Shown: positions 27,986 through 38,926 of the stretch, piece after piece
How positions within the stretch are numbered: the stretch's first letter is position 1
Layout: each line of letters begins with the position of its first letter
Source: Burkholderiales bacterium
Lineage (GTDB): Bacteria > Pseudomonadota > Gammaproteobacteria > Burkholderiales > Eutrophovitaceae
Direction of reading: 5' to 3'
NCBI GenBank assembly: GCA_035528435.1
Contig: DATKYN010000007.1
Coordinates: 2,694 to 66,693, forward strand
Length of the DNA stretch: 64,000 bases
Program-made: the position numbers and the translations under genes
The notes under the pieces: generated by a model
Database searches by the model: none
Seen by the model: the letters and a program-made list of their open reading frames with translations, nothing else
Told to the model about the DNA's origin: nothing

Positions 27986-28534
27986 GTGGGAAAGCGCAAT
28001 CAGGTAAGAGTCGTTGCCGGCCGGTGGCGCGGCCGCCAACTGCAATTTCCATCGGTGATGGACCTGCGCCCGACACCTGACCGGGTCCGTGAGACTCTTT
28101 TCAATTGGCTGGGTCAGACGCTTGACGGCAAAACCTGTCTCGACTTGTTTGCCGGTAGTGGCGCTCTTGGATTCGAGGCAGCATCGCGTGATGCTGATCG
28201 CGTTGTCCTGGTCGAGCGTGACCGTGCCGCTCACGCCGCGCTGGTGGAAAATGCGAAAAACCTTCGGGCCGATAATGTCGAATTACGGTTTGAAGACGCT
28301 TTCGCATTTCTCGCCGCAGACCAGCGAGTGTTTGACGTGGTCTTTCTCGATCCGCCTTATCGGCGGGAGGCATTGCCGGACTTGCTCGTGGAGCTCCGGT
28401 CACATCTTTCACCTAAGTCGAATGTTTATCTTGAGGCGGATCTGGTGCCGGAAATTCCATCCGGATACGAAGTTGTTCGCCAGTCACAGGCGGGGCGGGT
28501 CAGGTTTCTCCTGTTAGAATTCACCGACAACTAG
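27986..28534 (+). CDS. rsmD: 16S rRNA (guanine966-N2)-methyltransferase RsmD
   Basis: GTG 27986 lies directly after the upstream stop. Motifs seen are …RPTPDRVRETLFNWL…, DLFAGSGALGFEAASR and DPPY. Confidence 0.88.
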   Translation: MGKRNQVRVVAGRWRGRQLQFPSVMDLRPTPDRVRETLFNWLGQTLDGKTCLDLFAGSGALGFEAASRDADRVVLVERDRAAHAALVENAKNLRADNVELRFEDAFAFLAADQRVFDVVFLDPPYRREALPDLLVELRSHLSPKSNVYLEADLVPEIPSGYEVVRQSQAGRVRFLLLEFTDN

Positions 28535-29357
<823 letters not shown>

Positions 29358-29422
29358 CGGTTCATTCGCGCCAGCCGTAAGTCACCCGGACCAGTTACAC
29401 CGCACCTGCTGCCTGACTTCGA

Positions 29423-30238
29423 TCAGTGCTGGCAACTGGCGCAGTAAAATGTTGAACGTTGCCCAAGGCGGATGCCGCGGATAGGTGAGCCGCAGATTGC
29501 ACAGGGCTCCCCCTGTCTTCCATAGACCATGTACTGTTGCTGGAAGTATCCCGGTGAACCATCGGTACCGAAGAAGTCGCGCAGACTGCTGCCGCCTGCG
29601 GCGATTGCGGCCAGCAACGTCTCTTTTACGGCTGTCACGAGTTTCGAGCAGCGGTTCAGACTCAGACGCCCGGCTCTGGTGCGCGGATTGATTCCTGCCC
29701 GGAACAAGGCTTCGTTTGCGTAAATATTCCCGACACCGGTGACGATCTCGTTGTTCATCAATGCCAGTTTGATTGACGTGCTGCGCCCGCGCGTTCGAGT
29801 GTGCAGCCAATCGGCATCGAACTCGGATTCGAGCGGTTCCGGAGCGAGGCGGCGTATCAACCGGTGTTGCGACGGGTGTTCGCGCGTCCAGAGCAGCGCT
29901 CCAAACCGGCGTGGATCGGTAAAACGCACGAGCATGCCGGAAGACAAGACGATGTCAAAGTGATCGTGCTTCGATGGCGGTGTGGCTTTTGGCAGAACAC
30001 GCAGTCGTCCCGACATTCCGAGATGCACGATCATCCAGCCAGTGCTGCATTCAACAAGAAGATACTTGCCGCGACGGCCGACCTGCTGGATCGTCGATCC
30101 GCTTGCCTGCGCTTCAAGTGTTTTAGTTACGGGCCAGCGCAAGCGTCGGTCGCGCACTACGACCTGTTCGATGCGCTTGCCATCCATGTGTGGCGCAAGC
30201 CCCCGGCGCGTTGTTTCAACCTCCGGTAATTCGGGCAC
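29423..30238 (-). CDS. mutM: Formamidopyrimidine-DNA glycosylase
   Basis: N-terminus MPELPEVETTRRGL and a C-terminal zinc finger CAICGSP…YCASCQ. Confidence 0.96.
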   Translation of the reverse strand: MPELPEVETTRRGLAPHMDGKRIEQVVVRDRRLRWPVTKTLEAQASGSTIQQVGRRGKYLLVECSTGWMIVHLGMSGRLRVLPKATPPSKHDHFDIVLSSGMLVRFTDPRRFGALLWTREHPSQHRLIRRLAPEPLESEFDADWLHTRTRGRSTSIKLALMNNEIVTGVGNIYANEALFRAGINPRTRAGRLSLNRCSKLVTAVKETLLAAIAAGGSSLRDFFGTDGSPGYFQQQYMVYGRQGEPCAICGSPIRGIRLGQRSTFYCASCQH

Positions 30239-30249
30239 GGTAATGCGCG

Positions 30250-31119
30250 CTATTGCTGAGCGACGCGATAGGGGTCGAGCAGTCTGGAGCCGGCGTCGAT
30301 GCCGAACCTGTATTGCATGTTCTCGCCGCGTACCAGATGAACCTCCGGTTCACGTGCGATCACCCGGAACGTCGCGCTTTCGCCATCGCTAAACCGAACG
30401 ATAATGCGTTGGCCGCGCGGTTCCCCTTTGTATGGCGTGACGGATAGTGCTGAGGCAAGCTTCCACTCGGCGACCCACACATTCAGTTCGTCCGGAGACG
30501 GCGAGACGTCGCCGCCCATCGGGGGTGTGCCCTGAATCGACCACGTACCTTTGTCGTTTTGAATGGCTTGCCACTCTCCAAAATCGTATTCCACCGGCTT
30601 CTCGTGATCGGCAAGCAACTTGGGGCTGATCAGTTGGGCACCACCGGTCGGCAAACTGTAGCCATGATAGGTACGCACCAGGTAAACACGCTCGCCGCTG
30701 GCAAGGTACTGTTCATTGGTGATTTCGTTGATGTTGCCAAACGCAAAAAACTGATCGTTCAATGTGACCCGTATCGGTGCGGGATCGAGTCCGTAGCGAG
30801 CCAGATTCTCAGCTGGAAACTCGTCGGACGCGGTTGCCATGGTGAGGTCCAGCAGGCGATCAACCTGCAGCGGTTCGGCAAGCGTTTGATAGGGGCGCGT
30901 CATGAACCATGATCCATGGCGCTTTTCCAGCCGGAAGTCGAGGTTGTCGCGCTCCAGGCGTATCTGGTTGATCTCATCGCGCTTGAGTTGTGTCAGCAGG
31001 ATCTTCTGTTCTTCCTCCGCTGTCGGCCGGAAATAAGCAAACAGACCAAGCGTGACCAGCGCTAGCAGCAGGACCAGATTCAATATCAGTCTTGACTTCA
31101 CGATCTGCGCCGTTTCCAC
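30250..31119 (-). CDS. DUF4340-like N-anchored periplasmic protein (partner of the GldG-like ABC module)
   Basis: N-terminal TM (LILNLVLLLALVTLGLFAYF) followed by a soluble domain. It is co-directional with, and overlapping, the GldG-like gene. The alternative GTG start at 31101 forms a GTGA overlap with the upstream stop. Confidence 0.55.
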   Translation of the reverse strand: METAQIVKSRLILNLVLLLALVTLGLFAYFRPTAEEEQKILLTQLKRDEINQIRLERDNLDFRLEKRHGSWFMTRPYQTLAEPLQVDRLLDLTMATASDEFPAENLARYGLDPAPIRVTLNDQFFAFGNINEITNEQYLASGERVYLVRTYHGYSLPTGGAQLISPKLLADHEKPVEYDFGEWQAIQNDKGTWSIQGTPPMGGDVSPSPDELNVWVAEWKLASALSVTPYKGEPRGQRIIVRFSDGESATFRVIAREPEVHLVRGENMQYRFGIDAGSRLLDPYRVAQQ

Positions 31120-32441
31120 CAGATAACGCCGCCACTGATCAGAAATCCGAGCGGCAGAAATATCAGGAAGCCAAAGCTGATCAGCACCATCGCCGTGCGT
31201 GATAACTCGAGCGACATGTCAATCCGTGTCTTTGGCTCGATGGTGATCAGTGAGTCATCCCCAGCCAGCCAGTTCATGACGTTAATGCCCAGGTCCAAAT
31301 TGCCGAGCAGGCCCACGAACTGGTTCGAAAAGCTCTTGGATGTGCCGATCACGACGACGCGCTGCTTCTTGTTGCCGACGTCTCGTTCGAGCGCGCCGGC
31401 AACCGTAATTGGCCCGCGAACATCACTGTCCGGGTCAAAGCGTGCATTGCGCAGCTCGCTTGTCTCCAGCCAGGCGCCATCCGATGTTTCGATCAGTGGC
31501 GTAAAGTGAAATGCGCTTGAATCGAAAGGTGCGATGCGCCGGGCGTAAGGGAAAACCGTGTTGCTTTCCATGCGGTCCATGATCGGATGCTCGGCATAGG
31601 CGGATGCCAGCGAAAACGAAGCGGGAAGCCGCTGCACTGCCGCTGAAGGATCAATGACAACCCCGTCGATCAAATCAAGACCGAGAAACTCGGCGACGCC
31701 ATCCATACCGCGCAGCGACTCATAATCAGCCAGCCATAGCAGGTTACCGCCATCTTCCAGATACCTGATGATGCGATTGACTTCTCCCGGGAGCAGGTCA
31801 ACACGCGGACCGGCAATAATCAGAACGGATGTGTTATGAGGTACGTCCTGGGCAACGGCAAAATTGACTGTTACCGTCTGAAATCCCTTGGACCCCAGTT
31901 GGGCTCCGAAATCACCCAGATCGAAATTCGCGGTGCCGTCCAGCTTGCCTTCGCCGTGCCCGTCAAGGTTGCTTATCAGCCGCTCTGACGAGCGCATCAG
32001 GCGCAACAAGAGATTGATCAACTCCTGTTCGTTTAGCGTCCTGAGACTGTCACTGCGGCCATTGAGCTCAATCACGAGTTCGCCATTGACGCGTACTCCG
32101 GCTTCATTGGCCGCGACGGGGTCTTCCCGGGGGTCGATGAAGGTGAGTGAAATGTCATCCTTGGCGCGCTGATACGGTCTGATGAAATCCTGAATCGGCC
32201 GGCGCAAGTCGCCTTCAGCGTCAGCTGTCGCGAACGCCCTGATTTCGACTGGTCCGGAAATCTGCGCGAGCACATTGGTGGAGGCTTCGGACAGGGTATT
32301 GCGTTTACTCTGCGTAAGGTCCCAGACCGTCTTGATATCACTCGTCAAATAGGCAATGGCTGCAACCAGGGCAATTATCAGGACCAGGAACAGACTATTC
32401 TGGGCCAGAACTTGGAGGCGGTGTCGGGTGTTCATCTTCAT
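31098..32441 (-). CDS. GldG-like ABC transporter auxiliary protein
   Basis: 447 aa with N-terminal (LFLVLIIALVAAIAYL) and C-terminal (MVLISFGFLIFLPLGFLISGGVIWW) TM anchors around a large periplasmic domain. 4-nt overlap with the permease gene. Confidence 0.65.
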   Translation of the reverse strand: MKMNTRHRLQVLAQNSLFLVLIIALVAAIAYLTSDIKTVWDLTQSKRNTLSEASTNVLAQISGPVEIRAFATADAEGDLRRPIQDFIRPYQRAKDDISLTFIDPREDPVAANEAGVRVNGELVIELNGRSDSLRTLNEQELINLLLRLMRSSERLISNLDGHGEGKLDGTANFDLGDFGAQLGSKGFQTVTVNFAVAQDVPHNTSVLIIAGPRVDLLPGEVNRIIRYLEDGGNLLWLADYESLRGMDGVAEFLGLDLIDGVVIDPSAAVQRLPASFSLASAYAEHPIMDRMESNTVFPYARRIAPFDSSAFHFTPLIETSDGAWLETSELRNARFDPDSDVRGPITVAGALERDVGNKKQRVVVIGTSKSFSNQFVGLLGNLDLGINVMNWLAGDDSLITIEPKTRIDMSLELSRTAMVLISFGFLIFLPLGFLISGGVIWWKRRRS

Positions 32442-33181
32442 GCGTGTAAACGATCGGAATCAAGGCGGCGAATGGACAGGATGATGAAGGTCACGGTCAG
32501 CAGCCCGAAGTAGATCAAGTCGGTTACCGCAATCGAACCATTCATGAACCCTTCGAAGTGTTTGAGCAGCGACAGCAGATGCAACCAGCTTTCTGGATCG
32601 GATGCCGCGATGTTGATGATCCACAGCCCCAGAAAAACTGCCAGCGACAATACCGCCGCAACAACCGGATGCGTGGTCAGGCAGGAGATGAACAGCCCTA
32701 TTGCGGCAAAACTGCATCCAAGCAGGAACAGCCCGACAAGGTTGGCGACGAGCAGTCCCGAATCAATGGCACCACCGGCAAGCACTGAAAGCGCCATCAG
32801 CGAAATCAGCAGGTTTATCAGCAGCAGGAAAACCACCATTGCAAGATATTTCCCGAGAACGATCTGCGTCATGGAAACAGGTGCTGACATCAGCAATGCC
32901 ATTGTCTGATTGCGGCGCTCTTCGGAAATCAGTCGCATGGTCAACAGCGGAACCGACATTAGCAATACCATCGATGCGACGCCAAACATCGGGACGATGG
33001 CAATTTCGGTCAGGCCCGGGGCATTGGGCGTACGCGCCAGTTGCGCTTGTACCATCAGAAAACCGTCAATTTGCTTGAGAAAAATCAGCGCCAGAACAAA
33101 CTGCAGGAACGCCAATACGACCCATGCGAGCGGTGACGCGAACATGGAGCGTAATTCCTTGCCGGCTATGGTGAAAATCAT
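32438..33181 (-). CDS. ABC-2 type transporter permease (GldF-like)
   Basis: 247 aa with about 6 TM helices. 4-nt overlaps with both the ATPase and the GldG-like genes. Confidence 0.8.
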   Translation of the reverse strand: MIFTIAGKELRSMFASPLAWVVLAFLQFVLALIFLKQIDGFLMVQAQLARTPNAPGLTEIAIVPMFGVASMVLLMSVPLLTMRLISEERRNQTMALLMSAPVSMTQIVLGKYLAMVVFLLLINLLISLMALSVLAGGAIDSGLLVANLVGLFLLGCSFAAIGLFISCLTTHPVVAAVLSLAVFLGLWIINIAASDPESWLHLLSLLKHFEGFMNGSIAVTDLIYFGLLTVTFIILSIRRLDSDRLHA

Positions 33182-34179
33182 GTCGTCGTCTCCGTACTCT
33201 GGTCGGCGCCAGCGGTTGATTCCGCTTCGTTCGGCTCGGCATTGTCCTGTCGCGTGAGATGTACGAATACTTCCTCGACGCTGGCTTGTGCCGGCGATAA
33301 CTGGAACAGCCCCCAGTCATGCTCCACGCACGTTCGCACGAGCTGATCGGTGGGGTCCTGGCCCGGCTGCGACATCACACGAAACACGCCGTCCCGCAAT
33401 TTTTCTGCGCGCGCTGGCGCCACAGCGGAAGCCAGATCTTCATGCGGAGGCGGGCGGCGCAACGAGACCTGCAGCGAATGGCCGCCGCGGAACTGGTGAA
33501 GCCCCGATATGGCGTCAGCAAATACCACTTTACCGCGGTGCAGAATCTGAACGCGATCGCAAATCGCCTCCACTTCGGGGAGGATGTGCGTGGAAAGAAT
33601 GACGCTATGTTCGTTGCCCAGCTCACGGATCAGGGAGCGAATCTCGCGTATCTGGTTCGGGTCAAGGCCGACTGTGGGCTCATCGAGGATGACGACATCC
33701 GGGTCATGGATGATGGCCTGGGCAATGCCGACGCGTTGCTGATAACCCTTGGATAAGGAGCCGATCAGCCTGCGCCCCATGTCCGATAGCCCGCTACGAA
33801 GCTTGGCGCGATCGACTGCGCGACCAAGCTCGGTTTTTTTGACCTTGTGTAATCGCCCTGCCAGTCGAAGATATTCATCCACCCTCAAATCCTTATATAG
33901 AGGAGGGACTTCGGGCAGATAACCGATTCTGGCTTTGGCCGCGGTCGGTCTTTCGATCAGATCAATTCCGCATACGTTGACCGATCCTGCGCTCGGAGCC
34001 AGATTTCCGGTAATCATTTTCATCGTGGTCGTCTTGCCGGCGCCGTTCGGGCCCAGCAGACCGACAATCTCGCCGCGCCTCAATTCCAGCGATACGTCGT
34101 CGACAGCCAGATTGGTGCCGTAACGGCGCGACAATCCGGTGGCGGCCAGAGTGACTTCATGGCTCGCTGTATTGCTCAT
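33178..34179 (-). CDS. ABC transporter ATP-binding protein (GldA-like)
   Basis: Walker A GPNGAGKTT, signature LSKGYQQR and Walker B VILDEPT. ATG 34179 (MSNTASHEV…) chosen; the track ORF start at 34314 adds an unsupported 45 aa. Confidence 0.9.
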   Translation of the reverse strand: MSNTASHEVTLAATGLSRRYGTNLAVDDVSLELRRGEIVGLLGPNGAGKTTTMKMITGNLAPSAGSVNVCGIDLIERPTAAKARIGYLPEVPPLYKDLRVDEYLRLAGRLHKVKKTELGRAVDRAKLRSGLSDMGRRLIGSLSKGYQQRVGIAQAIIHDPDVVILDEPTVGLDPNQIREIRSLIRELGNEHSVILSTHILPEVEAICDRVQILHRGKVVFADAISGLHQFRGGHSLQVSLRRPPPHEDLASAVAPARAEKLRDGVFRVMSQPGQDPTDQLVRTCVEHDWGLFQLSPAQASVEEVFVHLTRQDNAEPNEAESTAGADQSTETTT

Positions 34180-34419
34180 GCTTGTCTCGATTCTTTCGGG
34201 AAAACGGGTTTGCAATCTGAACGAAGAGTTATGCCGGGAGTCGCCGTGCAATGACCAGTATAACGATGCCAGACACTTGCTCGGGAACCATCGGTCTCTT
34301 GTGATGGCTGCCAAATATACCTAAACTCGACTCACGATTGAAGGGATTCCGGCGTGTGGCCTTGAATTGTCATTGCCGGAAACCTGCTTCGCTCCTAATT
34401 GATAAGGCGATTCGGTTAA

Positions 34420-36195
34420 ATGTTCATGCGCTATTTTGTGTTGCTTTTCGTTACGCTGTTCGCAGCCTTGAACGCCGCGTGCGCGCAGACTTCGAATCAA
34501 CCGCACAGTTCTGCTGATGGCTCGATGGTGGCACAGCACGATGAAAATGAGAGTCTGGACGAGCGGGTTCGGCGGGTTCTGGGCAAGTCGCCCGTTGCCG
34601 CCAACAGTGATCTCGATTCCGAATTGTTCTTCAAGTTCCTGGTGGCCGAGATAGCCGGGCAGCGTGGTGACGTAGCTCTGGCTAGCGAAACGTATGCTGA
34701 GCTCGCGCGCGCTTCCCGCGATGCCAGGGTGGCCCGGCGCGCGACCGAAATCTCCCTGTATGCGAAACGAACCGATTTGGCACTGCAAAGCGCCCGGATC
34801 TGGCACGACGCCGATCCGGAATCGTTGGCGGCGCTACGCACGCTTGCCGATCTGCTGATCCAGGCCGGGGAGCTTGATGCTGCACGTCCCCTGATCGCAG
34901 AGGTCCTGGCGAAAGCACCGGAAGGCCCCGCGGCGAGCCTGATGCAGTTGTATCAAGTATGCTCGAACCATCCCGACCGGCAAGCAGTTCAAACACTCAT
35001 ACGGGATTTGACCACTCCGTATGCCGGCTTGCCCGAGGCGCAATATGCTCTTGCCCAGGCAACATTTGCCGCTGGAGATCTCAAGCAGGCGCTCCGATCG
35101 GCCGATCAGGCGCTAAATCTGCGCCCGGACTGGCAGCAGGGCGCCTTGTTGAAGGCGCATCTGCTTGGGCAAACAGACCGCAGCGAGGCGATTGCGTACA
35201 TGCAGGCTTTCCTGCAGGCATACCCTGATGCCGTTGACGTTCGGCTCAACTACGCTCGCGCACTGGTCTCCGAGCGACGCTATGCAGAAGCCAAAGGCGA
35301 GTTTCAGACGCTTCTGGCGACCAACCCCAAGAATGCGAATCTGGCGTTCACGCTGGGTTTGCTATCGGCACAAATCGGGGATGCCCCGGCTGCCGACCAG
35401 CAGTTCAGAAGCGCGCTGTCGCTTGGATACGGCGACCCCGATTCCGTCTACTTTCAGCTTGGGCAGATTAATGAGAAGCTCGAGCGGCCGGATGAGGCGG
35501 CGCGCTGGTATCGCTCGGTTCAGGCGGGTGACCAGTTCGTGGCCGCGCAGTCGCGGTACGCGCTGATGCTGGCCAGAAATGACGGAGTGGAACAAGCGCG
35601 GCTGTATCTTCATTCTCTGGATGTACTCGACGACAACCAGCGCGTGCAGCTGATACAGGCTGAGGCGCACATGCTGCGCGAGGTTCGCGAATACCGGCAG
35701 TCCTATGCGGTGCTTCAGCAAGCCCTGGATGAGCGTCCGGAGCATCGGGCGCTTCTTTATGATGTCGCACTTGCGGCAGAAAAAGTTGACAGGCTCGATG
35801 TGGCCGAGGAGCAGCTTCTGAGATTGATTGCCCTCGAGCCCGATAGCGCTCAGGCATACAACGCACTCGGCTACACGCTGGCGGACCGCACCGAACGCTT
35901 CGACGAAGCGCGGGATTACATCGTCAAAGCGCTTGCGCTTGCGCCGGACGATCCTTTCATTCTGGACAGTATGGGATGGGTCGAATACCGCCTGGGGAAT
36001 AATCAGGAAGGCATACGATATTTGCGGCGTGCCTATGAAATCCAGCCCGACCCGGAAATTGCCGCTCACCTGGGAGAGGTGTTGTGGGTCAGCGGGGCAG
36101 AGGAAGAGGCGAGGCAGATTTGGCATGAAACGGCTAGCCAGCATCCGGGCAACGAAACACTACAGCAAGTCATGCGGGAGTTCCTTGGTAGTTGA
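34420..36195 (+). CDS. Tetratricopeptide-repeat protein (secreted/periplasmic), conserved neighbour of lolB
   Basis: Signal peptide MFMRYFVLLFVTLFAALNAACAQ followed by many TPR-like repeats over 591 aa. The TPR-lolB-ispE order is conserved in proteobacteria. Confidence 0.8.
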   Translation: MFMRYFVLLFVTLFAALNAACAQTSNQPHSSADGSMVAQHDENESLDERVRRVLGKSPVAANSDLDSELFFKFLVAEIAGQRGDVALASETYAELARASRDARVARRATEISLYAKRTDLALQSARIWHDADPESLAALRTLADLLIQAGELDAARPLIAEVLAKAPEGPAASLMQLYQVCSNHPDRQAVQTLIRDLTTPYAGLPEAQYALAQATFAAGDLKQALRSADQALNLRPDWQQGALLKAHLLGQTDRSEAIAYMQAFLQAYPDAVDVRLNYARALVSERRYAEAKGEFQTLLATNPKNANLAFTLGLLSAQIGDAPAADQQFRSALSLGYGDPDSVYFQLGQINEKLERPDEAARWYRSVQAGDQFVAAQSRYALMLARNDGVEQARLYLHSLDVLDDNQRVQLIQAEAHMLREVREYRQSYAVLQQALDERPEHRALLYDVALAAEKVDRLDVAEEQLLRLIALEPDSAQAYNALGYTLADRTERFDEARDYIVKALALAPDDPFILDSMGWVEYRLGNNQEGIRYLRRAYEIQPDPEIAAHLGEVLWVSGAEEEARQIWHETASQHPGNETLQQVMREFLGS

Positions 36196-36208
36196 CGCAG
36201 TACCGCGT

Positions 36209-36772
36209 TTGCGGTCCTGGATAGCCGTTGCAGCCATAGCGCTGCTGAGCGCATGCGCATCGAAACCGCCGATTCTGCCGCCAGGTGAGGTGTCGGTTGA
36301 GCGGTTCGAACTCAGTGGGCGTGTTGCTGTGAAGCTGGACGGGAGTGGCCATTCCGCACGAATGCGATGGCTGCACTATCCTGAATCCGACGCGATCTGG
36401 CTGTACTCACCAATTGGATCGACAATCGCCACGCTGAATGCCGACGCCGAATCAGCGACACTGGTTACGGCACGCAAGGAGACTTTTCGGTCGGAAAACG
36501 TGCAGGCGCTGACCCGTGAGATCCTCGGCTGGGACCTGCCGCTGCCAGGTCTGCAACACTGGGTGCTCGGGCGTGTCGACCCGGCAATGCCCGTCAGGGA
36601 GGTCAAACGCGATGATCAGTCGCGCATTACACGGCTGGTCCAGGGTGACTGGCAAATCGATTTCGCTGGTTACGAGGACGGCGGTACATTGCCCCGGTCG
36701 CTGCTGCTGAATTTCGCGAATTTGCGCCTGCGTCTTGTGATCGACCGCTGGAATCTCGCTTTACCGGGCTAA
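36209..36772 (+). CDS. lolB: Outer membrane lipoprotein LolB
   Basis: TTG 36209 gives (M)RSWIAVAAIALLSACAS with a lipobox. The LolB-like body (…FELSGRVAVK…WLHY…LLNFANLRLRLVIDRW) follows. ATG 36125 is an alternative start that overlaps the TPR gene. Confidence 0.8.
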   Translation: MRSWIAVAAIALLSACASKPPILPPGEVSVERFELSGRVAVKLDGSGHSARMRWLHYPESDAIWLYSPIGSTIATLNADAESATLVTARKETFRSENVQALTREILGWDLPLPGLQHWVLGRVDPAMPVREVKRDDQSRITRLVQGDWQIDFAGYEDGGTLPRSLLLNFANLRLRLVIDRWNLALPG

Positions 36773-37614
36773 TGAAAGCCGGTTTCTCGTACTATCCGGC
36801 TCCGGCAAAGCTGAATCTGTTTCTGCATGTTACCGGCCGGCGTGCTGATGGTTACCATTTTCTGCAGACCGTCTTCCGGTTTGTCGACTATGGCGACGAG
36901 GTTGGTTTTTGCGTGCGCCAGGACGGTGAAATCACTCGAGTAGGCGTGGCTGGTGGTATCGCGGAGGAAGAGGATCTGACGCTGCGCGCTGCTCGTTTGC
37001 TGCGACTGAAGACGGGTAGCCGGCTGGGCGTTGACATCGACCTGATCAAGCGGCTGCCGGTGGGCGGCGGCCTGGGCGGTGGCAGCTCGGATGCAGCAAC
37101 CACGCTAATCGTTCTGAACCGTTTGTGGGCGACTGGCTTGTCGGCCCAACGATTGCAGACCCTTGCCTTGCAACTCGGTGCAGATGTTCCGGTTTTTGTT
37201 TTTGGCCGCACCGCGTTTGCAGAAGGAATTGGTGAACGCCTTCAGGCGTTCCATGCCGATCCCGCCTGGTACCTGGTTGTCGTGCCCCAAGTCGCGGTTT
37301 CCACAGCAGAAATCTTCGCCGCTCCTGAATTGACACGCAATACCAAAGCCATCAAAATAGCGGCCGTTTCGATTTCCGGTGGTCGTAACGATTTGGCGCC
37401 TGTAGCGTGCAAACGTTACCCCGAAATCGCTCGCTGTCTGCAGTGGCTTGGGCAATTCGGCAAGGCGGCGATGAGTGGTTCCGGAGCCAGTGTGTTCGTT
37501 GCCTTCGATAGCGAGCCGTTGGCACGTTCTGCCCTTGGTGAGCTGCCGCCGGGTATGGATGGTTTCGTGGCGCGGGGTCTGGATCGGCACCCTTTGTATG
37601 TCGAGTCTGACTGA
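36772..37614 (+). CDS. ispE: 4-(cytidine 5'-diphospho)-2-C-methyl-D-erythritol kinase
   Basis: N-terminus …YPAPAKLNLFLHVTGRRADGYH and the GHMP kinase motif PVGGGLGGGSSDAA. Confidence 0.95.
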   Translation: MKAGFSYYPAPAKLNLFLHVTGRRADGYHFLQTVFRFVDYGDEVGFCVRQDGEITRVGVAGGIAEEEDLTLRAARLLRLKTGSRLGVDIDLIKRLPVGGGLGGGSSDAATTLIVLNRLWATGLSAQRLQTLALQLGADVPVFVFGRTAFAEGIGERLQAFHADPAWYLVVVPQVAVSTAEIFAAPELTRNTKAIKIAAVSISGGRNDLAPVACKRYPEIARCLQWLGQFGKAAMSGSGASVFVAFDSEPLARSALGELPPGMDGFVARGLDRHPLYVESD

Positions 37615-37633
37615 AGCGCGCATTATGTTTTTT

Positions 37634-37710
37634 TGGGGAGTAGCCAAGTTGGTTAAGGCAGCGGATTTTGATTCCGCCATGCGAGGGTTCGAATCCTTCC
37701 TCCCCAGCCA
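37634..37710 (+). tRNA. tRNA-Gln (anticodon TTG)
   Basis: Cloverleaf read by eye. Acceptor TGGGGAG/CTCCCCA, anticodon stem GCGGA/TCCGC with loop TTTTGAT (anticodon TTG), T-arm GAGGG-TTCGAAT-CCTTC and an encoded CCA. Confidence 0.9.
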
Positions 37711-37768
37711 GAAATATACGCAGACACCTCAAAGGGGAAGCGATTTCCCGCTGGGTGTCAGTTGAGGA

Positions 37769-37800
37769 CAACACGCCGCTGGAGCGGCGTGTTGTGCTTT
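37769..37800 (+). terminator. Rho-independent terminator after tRNA-Gln
   Basis: CAACACGCCGC-TGGA-GCGGCGTGTTG (11-bp stem) followed by TGCTTT. Confidence 0.65.
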
Positions 37801-37834
37801 CAGGCGTCGCAACCCGCGATGAGAAAGTTTCCTA

Positions 37835-38785
37835 ATGGCCTATGATAGTTTGATGGTGTTTACCGGCAGCGCGAACCCGGCGCTTGCGTCGGACGTCGTC
37901 AAGCACCTCAATATCCCGCTCGGCCGTGCCACGGTGAGCCGGTTTAGCGACGGTGAGGTGATGGTCGAGTTGCTTGAGAATGTGCGGGGCAAGGACACTT
38001 TCGTTCTTCAGTCAACGTGCACACCGACCAATGACAACCTGATGGAAGTGCTGCTGATGGTGGATGCGCTAAAGCGCTCCTCGGCAGGACGGATTACCGC
38101 GGCGATCCCGTATTTCGGTTATGCCCGTCAGGATCGCCGGCCGCGATCGGCGCGAGTGGCAATCAGTGCCAAGATCGTCGCCAACATGCTGCAAGCGGCT
38201 GGCGTCGACCGGTTGCTGACGATGGACTTGCACTCCGACCAGATTCAGGGGTTTTTCGATATTCCGGTTGACAATGTTTACTCTGCGCCGATTCTTCTCG
38301 GCGATATCTGGAAACGTGATTATCGCGATCTCGTGGTCGTCTCCCCTGATGTCGGCGGGGTGGTGCGTGCGAGGGCGCTGGCGAAACGGCTTGAGTCCGA
38401 TCTGGCGATTATCGACAAGCGCCGGCCGCGGCCCAATGTCGCAACGGTCATGAACATCATAGGAGAGGTCGAAGGCCGAACCTGTATCATCATGGATGAC
38501 ATGGTCGACACCGCAAATACATTGTGCGAGGCGGCCAACGCGCTAAAGAAAGCCGGAGCGGAAAAAGTCCTTGCTTACTGTACCCATCCGGTCCTGTCAG
38601 GCAAGGCAATCGAACGAATTGGAAGTTCGGCACTGGATGAAGTCGTCGTCACCAACACAATTCCACTGAACGAACAAGCGAGCAACTGTCCGCAGATCCG
38701 GCAGCTTTCGATAGCGGAGCTGTTGGCGGAGACGATGCGGCGCATCAGTAATGAAGACTCCGTCTCGTCGCTGTTCATGGACTGA
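37835..38785 (+). CDS. prs: Ribose-phosphate pyrophosphokinase
   Basis: 316 aa with motifs …[10 protein letters not shown]… and the PRPP-binding loop …[14 protein letters not shown]…. Confidence 0.96.
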   Translation: MAYDSLMVFTGSANPALASDVVKHLNIPLGRATVSRFSDGEVMVELLENVRGKDTFVLQSTCTPTNDNLMEVLLMVDALKRSSAGRITAAIPYFGYARQDRRPRSARVAISAKIVANMLQAAGVDRLLTMDLHSDQIQGFFDIPVDNVYSAPILLGDIWKRDYRDLVVVSPDVGGVVRARALAKRLESDLAIIDKRRPRPNVATVMNIIGEVEGRTCIIMDDMVDTANTLCEAANALKKAGAEKVLAYCTHPVLSGKAIERIGSSALDEVVVTNTIPLNEQASNCPQIRQLSIAELLAETMRRISNEDSVSSLFMD

Positions 38786-38926
38786 AACGGCTGATCCGTT
38801 CCTGGCTGGAGCTGCGATCAGTGGTCGCTGGTGAGGTTTACAGTAAACGAGTGGCGTGGTTTTGGCGCCTTTTTTGAGATCGGAAACGGCTGGTCGCGGC
38901 TGGTTCCCAATTGACTGGAGAAGAGA

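Noticed and set aside
35362-36144. 260-aa minus-strand ORF inside the TPR gene
   Set aside because: It is antisense to a 591-aa TPR protein that has a clear signal peptide, and it has no motif support.
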